A DNA stretch of 64,000 nt from Anthoceros angustus (Eukaryota > Plantae > Anthocerotophyta): the NCBI GenBank assembly GCA_010909165.1, contig MU008200.1:186001-250000 (forward strand), written 5' to 3'. This document shows, piece after piece, positions 40,494 to 53,247 of the stretch. The position numbers were made by a program, and so were the translations under genes. Position 1 is the stretch's first letter. Each line of letters begins with the position of its first letter. The notes beneath the pieces are model-generated. The model saw nothing but the letters and a program-made list of their open reading frames with translations, was not told the DNA's origin and did not search any database.

Positions 40494-42950
40494 GTATAGA
40501 TTTCCTGCCTTAGACATTTGTACCAATTGGATGACCGAGACGACAATGCCACAACATGGTATGGCTAAGTGGTGCGGAATTGGGGGATGCTACATTGATG
40601 GAATGTGTAGAACTCACTTGAGCTGAAAGTTTGTATAGCCCATTTTCTAGTGTGCCTATGCAGATGGCATGTGACTTATTGGAGGTATATGAAATAAGAC
40701 AACTATCTGCGTAAAGTGTGACTTGCATAGTATGTGCATGACATAAACTAGCGGCAAAGACTAGATTCTTACACATGGCTGGTACATGGAGGACTGACGT
40801 AAGTGAAGAGTCGACTGTGGAACATCCGAGGACAACCGAACCACCTATTGGGAGGTTGTGATCATCACCCAAGAGGACATCGGTGTCCTGTGGTTGGGGA
40901 ATATGACTCAAAGGAGTCTTTGTCATGACAGATGTGTGAGGTAGCTCCACTATCAAGGTACCGAATTGATTTGTAGGGAGGAGGCATCATGGCGGGCGAA
41001 GGAGTTGAAGAGGATGGTTTCTTCACAAGAACATGTGCGCGGTGAGGCCTCTTTCCTAGGCTCACCATTTTCTTCCTTCGCATCCTTCTCCATGTGATTT
41101 GGGATTACGCACCAATTGCAAATAATTCCGCCTTCTTATTACCTCTTGCGGTGTAGAAGAAGACGGAGAAGCTCCAGAAGCTGGATGAAGTGGCGGCTTA
41201 GTGGAGGGAGATCCTTTGGTGCGGCCTTGACCGCGACCACTTCCTCGCCTCTTCCATGTACATCACTTGCCGGCTAGTTCGTGAGTCTTGACGATGGACT
41301 CCTCCTGTATCAATGCTCCGATCAACTCATTTATACTTATGTCCAAGGTATCATGCTTGTCCATATTTTTCTGGGCTTTTCTCAATAGAGCATTTTGAGT
41401 TGTCACAAATGATCTATAGGAGGATGGAACAGAGGATAATAATGCAACAAAGCATGTTAACTCTGAGAGCTTGGAGTTGGAAGCAGCTTCAAGTTGGGAT
41501 CTTGCCATTCGAAAAGTACTAATATGGTGTTCAATGGTGCCAGATTCCCTCATCTTAAGGTTGTGGAAGTTACAAGTAGTAGTCATCAGACTCATAACAT
41601 CCTTGGAGGAGTATAATTGTGCGAGGTGATCCCACATTTTCTTGGAGGATCCTGCCTCGCTAATTTGCCATACCATATGGAGAGAGAGACCATCGATAAT
41701 CATATCCACAGGCTCTCTCATCCTTCGCATCCAGTGCGTTTTCACCCCATCTTGGGCGCTCTAAGGCTCCGACAATATCCCATAGGTCACGTTGCAATAC
41801 TCCCTCATTCGCAGCGCCGTCGTAGTCCTTGCCATTGAATCTATCCTTTTCTTTGAAGTTGTCTCCATAATTATTGACAACCATTGATTTGGTCTCAATA
41901 GGGTCCTTGTTGATGTTGACTTCTTCGTCAAGTTGCTCTCCCTCATCTTCCCGACTAGCCATGGCAGGTGATGTTTAAAGACCACGACTACGTCGTGTGC
42001 GTGCTGTCTTGGAGGAGATTTCACCAGACGATGCTCCAATCATATCAAAAACAGAATCTGCAGGTAAAAATGTGAATTTCTGCAGGGAACTTTTAGACAT
42101 TTTAGTATCTAAGTCTTCAATGCATCCAGCTAAATGATTGAAGGCACGAGCCAAAGACAAAAATTGTCTACTAATGACATCATGTCTAAGTTCTGAATCT
42201 ATTTTGATAGATTTAAGGAGAGGCTGCAGAGAATCTGTGCTACTAATCACAACAGGACCAGCATGTAGATTAGGAATGTGTTGGAGTGCTAAAACTAGAG
42301 ATTCTACTTGTGATAAACTAAAACAAGTAAGTAAATCTCTCTTAGCCACCTCAATCAACTCTCCTTGATTCTCTGATTTTATAAGGATTGCACCAATAAA
42401 ATTGCTAATAAATTTAGAATCTCTTTCAATTGGATCTATAAATTTATCAGAATTATTATAATTTGATGCATTCTCCCTTGATGCAGCCTTCAATCTCCTC
42501 CTACTTCCTTGTCCCATGAGAAAGAGTCAAGAAAGTGATGCAAAATTTGTGCATCATAAAAATATGATGTTGAGCATAATTGTAAAGTTTCCTCCAAGCC
42601 AAAATTCCATGCTGCAAAATTAGTAATGCACAAAAGAATTCATGCCTAAAGAAGAGGCAAGCAAGGTGCTCAAGCATCTAGAGCCGAAGCTTCGATACCA
42701 TGATGAGAATCACGCACAAACGCACTTGCAAAAGAGTCTTGTAGAGTTGCATTACATAATAGAAAATACAAGAGTGTTTAAATAGTAGGTGGTTGGTTAC
42801 AACCATAAGTTGTTGTATAACCATAAGTGGTTATAACAACTAACTACCTAAATAACTACCTAGGGAAACTACTTTGTGCCCTAGGCATATAATAATCATT
42901 AAGTAAAGGTGGCCTAGTACATAGTGCCCTAAACCTAATATATTTCATCA
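40494..42950 (-). mobile_element. 5' part of Copia-A: LTR 42950-42701 (TG...CA), PBS, extra ORF, gag, protease, GAG-pre-integrase
   Basis: PBS TGGTATCGAAGC 42700-42689; gag ATG 41962 (FKEKDRFNG); YLDSGATSHIC; LWHCRLGH. Confidence 0.9.
41975..42517 (-). CDS. Intact 180-aa ORF of unknown function upstream of copia gag
   Basis: ATG-initiated uninterrupted ORF on the element sense strand ending 12 nt before the gag ATG; helical-looking C-terminal half. Confidence 0.55.
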   Translation of the reverse strand: MGQGSRRRLKAASRENASNYNNSDKFIDPIERDSKFISNFIGAILIKSENQGELIEVAKRDLLTCFSLSQVESLVLALQHIPNLHAGPVVISSTDSLQPLLKSIKIDSELRHDVISRQFLSLARAFNHLAGCIEDLDTKMSKSSLQKFTFLPADSVFDMIGASSGEISSKTARTRRSRGL

Positions 42951-43110
42951 GGTCTACCTCACTGTTTCTGACTCTCCGTCAGAATAGTACGCTGCCTCCG
43001 CCGAGTTTCGAAGGGGAGTTACCTGCGATACCTTCCGCATGCACTTCCTCCTTTCCCCACTGCTCATCCGCCTCCTATATCTCCCTCAAAATAAGGTATC
43101 CAACGTTCAT

Positions 43111-43129
43111 GTCCCCGGCAACGGCGCCA
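43111..43129 (-). promoter_or_regulatory. PBS complementary to the tRNA-Asp 3' end (Athila type)
   Basis: TGGCGCCGTTGCCGGGGAC following LTR end CCACA and a T run. Confidence 0.88.
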
Positions 43130-43133
43130 AAAA

Positions 43134-43960
43134 TGTGGTGGGTTTGCCCCAATCACCCAGAGCTAGCCCTAGTGGCCACACTTATCCCACGGTCGTCGAA
43201 TACATGGGTTCGATCCCAAGAGACTTGACGAGATACGCTTATCCTGAGGGGTCGATCCTCTCTCTCTCTCACGATTTTTTCTCTGCCACAAATTGCCTCA
43301 TCGAATATGGGTTTTGGGTTTGCTGGCCCACGGCCCCAAGACGTCCTCTAACTTCTAAGACCCCAAAAAGACAATACAACGACAATATCTCAATAACTTA
43401 ACCTCATGCCTTCTTCCACAACAATCCTCTAAACTTATCCTCACCAGCTACTCAGGTCTCTCTTACGGCACCAACACCTACAGTGACCGGAATCCAAAGA
43501 TTTTCGCTTGGGCCGGTAGCCCTGAGATTGCCTATAACGTGAGCACTCTTGGGGTTGGGAAGCCCCCCCCGCCGGGTTGCTTCAAAACGAGTCTCTGACG
43601 TTAGTGCCCTGCAAGACGCCAACAAGCTGCAAGCACACAACGATCTTAAGGTGAAACCAGTGGTTAAGAGGGGGACGCGCGTGTCACCCCTTTAACTCAG
43701 TCCTTACGAACCTTGCTCTCCTTCTTCGATGCATCGTCTGAAGGACGTGGTCGGTCGCGCGCGCTCACAACGGGGGCACAACAGAGAAGAAGAACCACAA
43801 GGATTGATATTGAACTGGTTACATGGCCCCCCTTTTATAGGTGGAGAGGTCTCCTTGGAATATGTGCATCTTAAATGCGGGATGACCCTCCGGATTCCAT
43901 GAGGGAATTCGTGACTGGCAGTTCGGACTTTTGACCCCACAAGGTAAGGTCTAGCTCACA
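43134..43960 (-). repeat. Gypsy LTR (TG...CA); right boundary uncertain (43941 or 43960)
   Basis: PBS on one side, PPT-like GGGAGAGGTGGC on the other; 3' end similar to 56240-56322. Confidence 0.6.
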
Positions 43961-44876
43961 ACTGCCACCTCTCCCAGTCATCACAGTCACCGCCTCCCTC
44001 AAAATAGGGTCCCTGTATTAAATATGGGTCCCACATTAGTGTCAATGTCCAAAAAAGAATGTTGCTATTAGGCATCCTACGAGTCGTCCTACCGGCTAAG
44101 AGGTTCGCCTTCGTTTGCTTCTTCTAACTCCACTACCGCCTTCATGTTCGGCGCATCACTTACCTCCTCCTGACTCGGACCGCTCCTCGGAACTGCCTTT
44201 GGCGTTGCCTCCTACCTCTGGCCGTTCCTTAGGTAGGTCTGCTCCTGGGGAAGAAACAATCTCCCCTTCTTCTCTGGTAGGAGGTGCTCCACCTACCAGT
44301 CCATCCGTAGGAGGTTCCCCTCCCGGAGGGAGAGTTGGCGCTGCCTAAATTGGACTCTGCCCCTCTTAGATGGTTGCCACCTGGAGGCCCCTCCACCCTA
44401 GATTGGATCTACCATTCTATATTACCTATCCCCTTATTCTGTTTTGGCTTTTAACTAATTGTTTCTTAATCTAATCGCAAAATCCCCTATTTAGCCTATT
44501 TATATAATTCCCTATTGGCAGGCATATATAGTGAGTATGCCTTTATCCTAAATTCGCCTTTTCATTCGAGCCTCACCCTCTGACGATGAGTCCGCCCACG
44601 CCTCGCCTCCACGGCCAGTGAGTTGGCGACTCCTTCCCCTACCGCCTGACCTACCACCGCCTCCGCTAAAAGGTCATTTCGACCCGTTTCTTCTTCCCTA
44701 AGTACCCTTTCTACCCGTCCAACATTGTCCAGCAATTCCAGCTCCAAAAGAATCGAAAAAGTTTTGGCATGTTTCCTCCCAATCGTTTCTAACAAAAAAA
44801 AAAAAATCAGACCTGTTCCACAACCGACTCATTTAGGCTAGTTGCCCAAACTTTTACGCTCCACATACTCCCCTCC

Positions 44877-45905
44877 TCACCTGTTTGCATCCCTGCACAC
44901 AATAGGTACCTCAAGCTGAAGGTACTCCTTAACCTTCCACCCATTCACTCTAGTTGGCAGCAAGTCCCCATCCAGCACACGTAGTTGCACGGATCCATTC
45001 TCATACACTGCCACCACTTTGTAAGGTCCCATCCATCTCAACCTAAGCTTCCCTGGGAAGTCCATATACCAACTATCATATAGAAGAACCAAATTCCCGG
45101 CCACAATAGTCTCTTGCTTCCTCAACTTCCCATCATGCCTATCCTTTCGGATTTCTTGAATTCGCTGGGTTTCCTCTAAAGCTTCCTCTCTACGCTCCTC
45201 CTGTTCTATGAAAGATTCTAATCTAGCTACCTGGCTATCCTCTACGGTCATATGTTCATCCTCCATAATCCTATAGGTAGGTACTTCAAATTCCATGGGC
45301 ATCACAGGAGACATGCCATATATTAAATAATATGGAGTCTTCTTGGTTGTCACTTTCTCCGCGGTCCTGTAAGCCCACAGCGCCGAATGTAGCTTAGCAT
45401 CCCAATCGTACATGTGAGTTACAGTTACCTTGGTCAGAATTGTACATAACAACTCGTTCGTCTTCTCCTTCAAACCATTCGCCTTGGGATTGTAAGGAGT
45501 CATCTTTCGATGCCGGATGTTGAAGTAGGTGGTGAGAGCCTCAATTACTGAGTTGAGGAAATGAGTTCCTCTGTCGCTGACCAACTCTAGAGGACATCCG
45601 TACCTCGTTATAATATTCTCAAAAAGAAACTTCGCTACTGCGGGCGCGTCGTCCTTCCTTGTTGCTTCGGCCTCCACCATCTTTGTGCAGTGGTCTGCAG
45701 CCACCAGAATGTATTGCTTCCTTGTCCACTGTGTGGGTGGCTTGATTGGACCCACAAAATCTATACCCCACTTCTCAAACGGTGCCAACGGCAGTATGTA
45801 GGTGAGGGGCCACTGGGTTGACAAGGTAGGCCTGCCCACCCTCTGACACGCATTGCACCTCCGAATGAATTCCCATACATCCTTCGCATCCCACAGCCGC
45901 CCCAC
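44877..45905 (-). pseudogene. Athila-like gypsy integrase core and C-terminus (open frame, 5' truncated); indel-rich duplicate at about 46600-47650
   Basis: FEKWGIDFVGP, LVSDRGTHF, YNPKANGL.EKTN, WDAKLHSALWAYRT, GKLRLRWMGPY. Confidence 0.92.
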
Positions 45906-47129
45906 CGGCTAAGAGGTTCGCCTCATTTCTTCTAACTCCACTACCGCCTTCATGTTCAAGCGATCACTTACCTCCTCCCGACTCCTGACCGCCTCCTAAT
46001 GCCTTGGCTGCCTCCTACCTCCGGCCGCCTTAGGTAGGTCTCGCCCCGGGAAGAAACAATCTCCTCTTCTTTCTTGTAGGAGGTGCCCACCACCTACCAC
46101 CCATCCGTAGGAGGTTCCTCCCGAGAGGGAGAGTTGGCGCCTAAATTGGACTCGCCTCTTAGATGGTTGCCACCGAGGCCCCTCCACCCTAGATTGGATC
46201 TACCATTCTATACCATCCCCTTATTCTGCTTTGGCTTTTAACTAATTGTTTTAATCTAATCGCAAAACCCCTATTTAGCCTATTTATATAATTCCCATCG
46301 CGTGCATATATAGTGAGTATGCCTTTATCCTAAATTCGCCTTTTCATTCGAGGCGTCCCTACACGTAGTCATACGCTTCTGACGCCTTACCGGCCAGGTT
46401 GAGGCTTACGCCAGAGACTGCCACCCTACCGCCTTCTCGACTACCCACCCTGCCCGGCTTAAAAGGTCATTTCACCGCTTTTCTTCCTAAGTACCCTTTC
46501 TACCCGTCCAACATTGTCCAAATAATTCCACTCCAAAAGAATCGAAAAAGTTTTGGCATGTTTCCTCCCAATCGCTTTAACAAAAAAAAAAAAAAAATCG
46601 CACTGCTCCACAACCGACTCATTTAGGCTAGTTGCCCAAACTTTACGCCTCACATACTCCCTCCTCACCGCTTTGCATCCCCGCACACAATAGGTACCTC
46701 AAGTCAAGGTACCCTTAACCTTCCACCCATTCACTCTAGTTGGCGCAAGTCCCCATCCAGCATGAAGGTACCCGGATCCATTCTCATACACTGCCACCAC
46801 TTTGTAAGGTCCCATCCATCTCAACCTAAGCTTCCCCGGAAGTCCATATACCAACTATCATATAGAAGAACCAAACCCGGCCTACACAATAGTCTCTTGC
46901 TTCCTCAACTTCCCATCATGCCTATCCTTCGGATTTCTAATCACTGGCTTCTAAAGCTTCCTCTCTACGCCCTCCCGCTCTATGAAAGATTCTAATCTAG
47001 CCACCGCTATCCTCTCACGGTCATATGTTCATCCTCCATAATCCTATAGGTAGGTACTCAAATTCCATGGGCATCACAGAGACATGCCATATATTAAATA
47101 ATATGGAGTCTTCTTGGTTGTTTCTCCAT

Positions 47130-50120
47130 GGTCTCAGAAGCCCACAGCTACCGAATGTAGCTTAGCATCCCAATCATACATGTGAGTTACAGCTACCTGG
47201 TCGAATTGTACATAACAACTCGCTCGCCTCCTTCAAACCATTCGCCTTTGGGATTGTAAGGAGTCATCTTCGATGCGGACTGTTGAAGTAGGTGGTGAGG
47301 AGCCTCAATCATCGAGTTGAGGAAATGAGTTCCTCTCAACACTAACTCTAGAGGACATCCGCATTCTCGCTATAATATTCTCAAAGAAACTGCTCATGGC
47401 GCCGGCCCTTCCTTGTTGCTTCGCCTCCACCATCTTTGTGCAAAGTCCGCAGCCACCGAATGTATTGCTTCCTTGTCCACCGTGTGGGTGGCTTGATTGA
47501 CCCACAAAATCTATACCCCACTTCTCAAACGGTGCCAAGGTAGTATGTAGGTGAGGGGCCATGGTTGCTGTAGGCCTCGCCTCACCTCCTCGACACGCAT
47601 TGCACCTCCGAATGAATTTACACATCCTTCTCGCATCGTAGCCCACCGTGTTCGCACTCTAAGATCTTTTTCACTTAACTGCATCAATAATGGCCACCGT
47701 GCCTCCGCAGCCCTGGATAAGAGCGGCTTCCTAGTCTCCAAACATCTCCGATCTTGGCACGGGACCTAGTTTGTACAAGACCCCGCCCCTAAGGCAAGGG
47801 GCTCTTGGTGGAGAAAAGCGGCCCCTCCCTGAGACACCTGTCCGGCATGATCCCATGCTCTAAAAATTTTCGTACTCTCACCATTCAGAAGTACCTTTAG
47901 GTGAACGCCTTCTCGCCTCGAATCTTCTCTCCTGTACCTCACCTCCTCCTGGCCTCTTACCGACAACCCTGTACGCCGCTGCTCATTCACAAGACCGCTT
48001 CCTTCCTCTCCACTGCCTAGGCTCATGTCCAGGTCTAGAACGGTCTTCATGGTGACCTCCTCGCCTTTGGTCGCAGGCTCGGCAGAACCGCCATCATCGA
48101 CCCAAAATTCACGATGTCCCCTCCCACTCATTCAAACACACCTTGAGGTGTGATTTCTCACAACCTCTCCACACGTGTCACCGGTGATCCATCCTGCTTC
48201 TAGGCTCTAGTATACGCCTTCTTAGCACACCATCTTTGTGTGCCACCTTCCTTCTTCCAAATTGCGATTTCCGCAATCCCTCCATCGCCTCCTTGCCACC
48301 ATCATGGCCTCCGCTGCAGCCCTTCGTGATCGCTCACCCCGGAGAAGCACTCCAGCCTCCTCGCCGCCCATGTTGCCCCTTGTCTTCCCTCGATTTTATC
48401 GCCCCGCCGCAACTGCTCGCATACACTTCTTGCTCATCCATCCCTTTGTCAAGAACGAGCCTGCCTCGGTCAATCCTTAGGCCGCCTCCACATGTTCACG
48501 TCCTCCTCCTCCGACCCGAGTGGTGGCAACTCAACTCCTCGTCAGAAATCGGCCATCCGTGGCCTCAAGTCGCTCTCCGCCGAGAGAAATGAAGTTAGCA
48601 TTTTGATGTTGCCCCATGGCCTCAGAAGCCCACAGCTACCGAATGTAGCTTAGCATCCCAATCGCATACATGTGAGTTACAGCTACCTGGTCGAATTGTA
48701 CATAACAACTCGCTCGCCTCCTTCAAACCATTCGCCTTTGGGATTGTAAGGAGTCATCTTCGATGCGGACTGTTGAAGTAGGTGGTGAGGAGCCTCAATC
48801 ATCGAGTTGAGGAAATGAGTTCCTCTCAACACTAACTCTAGAGGACATCCGCATTCTCGCTATAATATTCTCAAAGAAACTGCTCATGGCGCCGGCCCTT
48901 CCTTGTTGCTTGTCGCCTCCACCATATCTTTGTAGCAAGCAATAGTCCTGCACCACTCGTAATGTATTGCTTCCTTGTCCACCCGTGTGGGTGGCTTGAT
49001 TGACCCACAAAATCTATACCCCACTTCTCAAACGGTGCCAAGGTAGTATGTAGGTGAGGGGCCATGGTTGCTGTAGGCCTCGCCTCACCTCCTCGACACG
49101 CATTGCACCTCCGAATGAATTTACACATCCTTCTCGCATCGTAGCCCACCGTGTTCGCACTCTAAGATCTTTTTCACTTAACTGCATCAATAATGGCCAC
49201 CGTGCCTCCGCAGCCCTGGATAAGAGCGGCTTCCCTAGTCTCCAAACATCTCCGATCTTGGCACGGGACCTAGTTTGTACAAGACCCCGCCCCTAAGGCA
49301 AGGGGCTCTTGGTGGAGAAAAGCGGCCCCTCCCTGAGACACCTGTCCGGCATGATCCCATGCTCTAAAAATTTTCGTACTCTCACCATTCAGAAGTACCT
49401 TTAGGTGAACGCCTTCTCGCCTCGAATCTTCTCTCCTGTACCTCACCTCCTCCTGGCCTCTTACCGACAACCCTGTACGCCGCTGCTCATTCACAAGACC
49501 GCTTCCTTCCTCTCCACTGCCTAGGCTCATGTCCAGGTCTAGAACGGTCTTCATGGTGACCTCCTCGCCTTTGGTCGCAGGCTCGGCAGAACCGCCATCA
49601 TCGACCCAAAATTCACGATGTCCCCTCCCACTCATTCAAACACACCTTGAGGTGTGATTTCTCACAACCTCTCCACACGTGTCACCGGTGATCCATCCTG
49701 CTTCTAGGCTCTAGTATACGCCTTCTTAGCACACCATCTTTGTGTGCCACCTTCCTTCTTCCAAATTGCGATTTCCGCAATCCCTCCATCGCCTCCTTGC
49801 CACCATCATGGCCTCCGCTGCAGCCCTTCGTGATCGCTCACCCCGGAGAAGCACTCCAGCCTCCTCGCCGCCCATGTTGCCCCTTGTCTTCCCTCGATTT
49901 TATCGCCCCGCCGCAACTGCTCGCATACACTTCTTGCTCATCCATCCCTTTGTCAAGAACGAGCCTGCCTCGGTCAATCCTTAGGCCGCCTCCACATGTT
50001 CACGTCCTCCTCCTCCGACCCGAGTGGTGGCAACTCAACTCCTCGTCAGAAATCGGCCATCCGTGGCCTCAAGTCGCTCTCCGCCGAGAGAAATGAAGTT
50101 AGCATTTTGATGTTGCCCCA
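47130..50120. repeat. 1504-bp near-identical tandem duplication of a degenerate pol segment
   Basis: Identical ORF translations at 47766-48131 and 49270-49635. Confidence 0.92.
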
Positions 50121-51266
50121 TGGCCTAGTTTCTACATCATAATCGAACTCTTGCAGCAGGAACACCCATCTGGCAATCCTTCCTGACAAATCTGGCTTGT
50201 TTACAAGGTACTTCAACGTAAAATGGTCAACATGAAATGTCAACTTACAAGCCAGGAGTAGTGTCTAAACTTCACAGGAGTAGATGATACCAAGACCTTC
50301 CCCCGCTTGGTGGTTGAATAGTTCTTCTCAAAGATCCGTGAGTTGTCGTCCGCATAAAAACCGGTGATCCCATTTCTTCTCATCCTTCCGGCTTAAGATG
50401 GTCCCAATGGTGTAAGCAGACACATCTACGTATACATGAAACGGTTTCTCCCAATTTGGCGGCTGCAACGTTGGTGCGCCACCAAATCTGCCCTTCAATG
50501 CTGAAAAGCCTCCGCATGCCCATTCAAAAGGTGTATCCTTCTTGGTCAATTCGCAAGGCTACCTTCTTGGCAAAATCCTTGATGAACCTCTTGTAATACC
50601 CTACTAGTTCTACAAATGCACGCATCGCCTCATGTTTGTGGTCCATCTCTCAGTTTATAATCGCCATCTTCTTTATCTACCGCAACTGGATGAAACTTGA
50701 TGAGCCAATGTAATGCCTTCCGTCAGGCCGAAATAACACTTCCTGGATGTACTTTCATGTTGATTCCCTCGGAAACATCGTCTTAGGTGTCCCAGGTGCA
50801 GCTCTCTCTTCCCAAACACGCAAAAATCATCCAGGAACACCTCCATGAACTTCCGTAAGAAATCTCGGAATATAGCGTCACCACACGTACCGGAAGGTGG
50901 CGTGAGTGTTACAATCCGAAAGGCAGCTTGAATAAGCAAGTACCCCTCTAACTACAGAACGTGGTCTTGTCCCCGGTCTTCCTCAACGAACTGATTTTGT
51001 ACCCACTCCATCCAGAAACTATACATCTCATGCCCAACTACCGTGTCCAAGACACTATCCATGAAAGGCAAAGGGTGGTGGTCCTTCTTCGCCGCTCATT
51101 AATCCTCCTCAATCTTGACACACGCACTCTTCCCTCGCCGCTTCTGGTACAATCACAACGGGAGCAACCGACCACACTGGTAAGTACCGGATACTCTTGC
51201 CCAAAGTCATCCACCGATCCTTGACGACCATGAATACTTGGGATTCAAATGCAGATTGTTTGATCC

Positions 51267-53247
51267 TTACAGGGGTGCTGCCCTCCTCGCCTTGCTGCAG
51301 GCTCGGCAACCTCTCGCCATCCACCCAACCCAAGATGTCCCCCCTCCCAATTCTACTGCAAACACACCTTGAGGTGTGATTTCTCCACAACCTCTCTCCA
51401 CACGTGTCACCGGTGATCCATCCTTGCTTCTAGGCTCTAGTGCATACGTCTTCTTAGCACACCATCTTTGTGTGCCACCTTTCCTTCTTCCAAATTGCGA
51501 TTTCCTCGCAATCCCTCCATCGCTCCTTGCCACCATCATGGCCTCCGCTTGCAGCCCTTCAGACTGTTCACCCTGGAGAAGCACTCCAGTCTCCTCGCGC
51601 CCATGTTGGCGTCCTCTTGTCTTCCCCGATTTCCGGATCGCCCCGCCGCAAAATCGCTTCCTCGCATAACACTCCTTCTTGCTCATCCATCCCTTTGTCA
51701 AGAACGAGCGCTGGTCAATCCTTAGGCCGTCTCCCACATGTTCACGTCCTCCTCCGTCGACCCGAGTGGTGGCAACCAACTCCTCGTCAGGAAATCGGTC
51801 ATCCGTGGCCTCAAGTCGTTCTCCAGTTTTCAGACGAGAAATGAAGTTAGCATTTTGATGTTGCTTCCATGGCCTAGTTTCTACATCATAATCGAACTCT
51901 TGCAGCAGCAACACCCATCTGGCAATCCTTCCTGACAAATCTGGCTTGTTTACAAGGTACTTCAACGTAAAATGGTCAACATGAAATGTCAACTTACAAG
52001 CCAACAGATAGTGTCTAAACTTCTTACAGGAGTAGATGATACCAAGACCTTCCCGTTTGGTGGTTGAATAGTTCTTCTCAGCATCCGTGAGTTGTCGTCC
52101 GGCATAAAAAACCGGGTGATCCCATTTCTTCTCATCCTTCTGGCTTAAGATGGTCCCAATGGTGTAAGCAGACACATCTACGTATACATGAAACGGTTTC
52201 TCCCAATTTGGCGGCTGCAACGTTGGTGCGCTCACCAAACTGTCCTTCAACTGCTGAAAAGCCTCCTGCCTCGCAGCCGTCCATTCGAAAGGTGTATCCT
52301 TCTTGGTCAATTGCGTCAGCAAGGCTACCTTCTTGGCAAAATCCTTGATGAACCTCTTGTAATACCCTACTAGTTCTACAAATGCACGTACCTGCCTCAC
52401 GGTTTGTGGTACGTCCATCTCAGCTATAACTGCCATCTTCTCTTTATCTACCTGCAATCCTCGTATTGAAACTTGATGAGCCAACAGAATGCCTTCCGTC
52501 GTGCCGAAATAACACTTCCCTGGATGCAATTTCATGTTGGATTCCCTGCACTTCTGGAAACACTGTCTTAGGTGTCCCAGGTGCAGCTCTCTCTTCCCAA
52601 ACACGCAAAAATCATCCAGGAACACCTCCATGAACTTCCGTAAGAAATCTCGGAATATAGCGTTCACCACACGCTGGAAGGTGGCAGGAGTGTTACACAA
52701 TCCGAAAGGCAGCTTTGAATAAGCATAAGTACCCCAATCTGTTGTGAACGTGGTCTTGTCCTGGTCTTCCTTCCTCAACGAAATCTGATTGTACCCCGAA
52801 TACCCATCCAGGAAACTATACATCTCATGCCCAACTACCGTGTCCAGCACACTATCCATGAAAGGCAAAGGGTGGTGGTCCTTCTTCGTCGCTTCATTAA
52901 TCCTCCAAATCTTGACACACCCGTACCTTCCCCTGCTGCTTCTTGGGTACAATCACAATGGGAGCAACCCATTCACTGGTAAGTACCGGATAAATTACTC
53001 TTGCTTCCAAGTATTGGTCCAATTGATCCTTGACGACCACAGAATACTTGGGATTCAGCCGGTATTGTTTGATCCTTACAGGGGTGCTGCCCTCCTTCAG
53101 ATCGATTCGATGTATCCCCAGCTCTTCCGGAATTCCTGTCATGTCAGTAATTTTGAAGGCAAACACATCGACATATTTCCTAAGTACCCTACGAAACTCC
53201 TCTTTTTCTACCACTCCGGTAGGTAGGCACCCTACGCCGGTAGGCAA
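51267..53247 (-). pseudogene. Athila-like gypsy RT and RNase H (long open frame to about 51800); indel-rich duplicate at about 50100-51200
   Basis: DHHPLPFMDSVLD, YSFLDGYSGYNQI, PFGLCNTPATFQR, VFLDDF, PFHVYVDVS, NYSTTKREGLGII, RWVLLLQEFD. Confidence 0.93.

Noticed and set aside
43111-43129. tRNA gene
   Set aside because: Only about 18 nt matching a tRNA-Asp 3' end including CCA, next to an LTR, so it is a PBS
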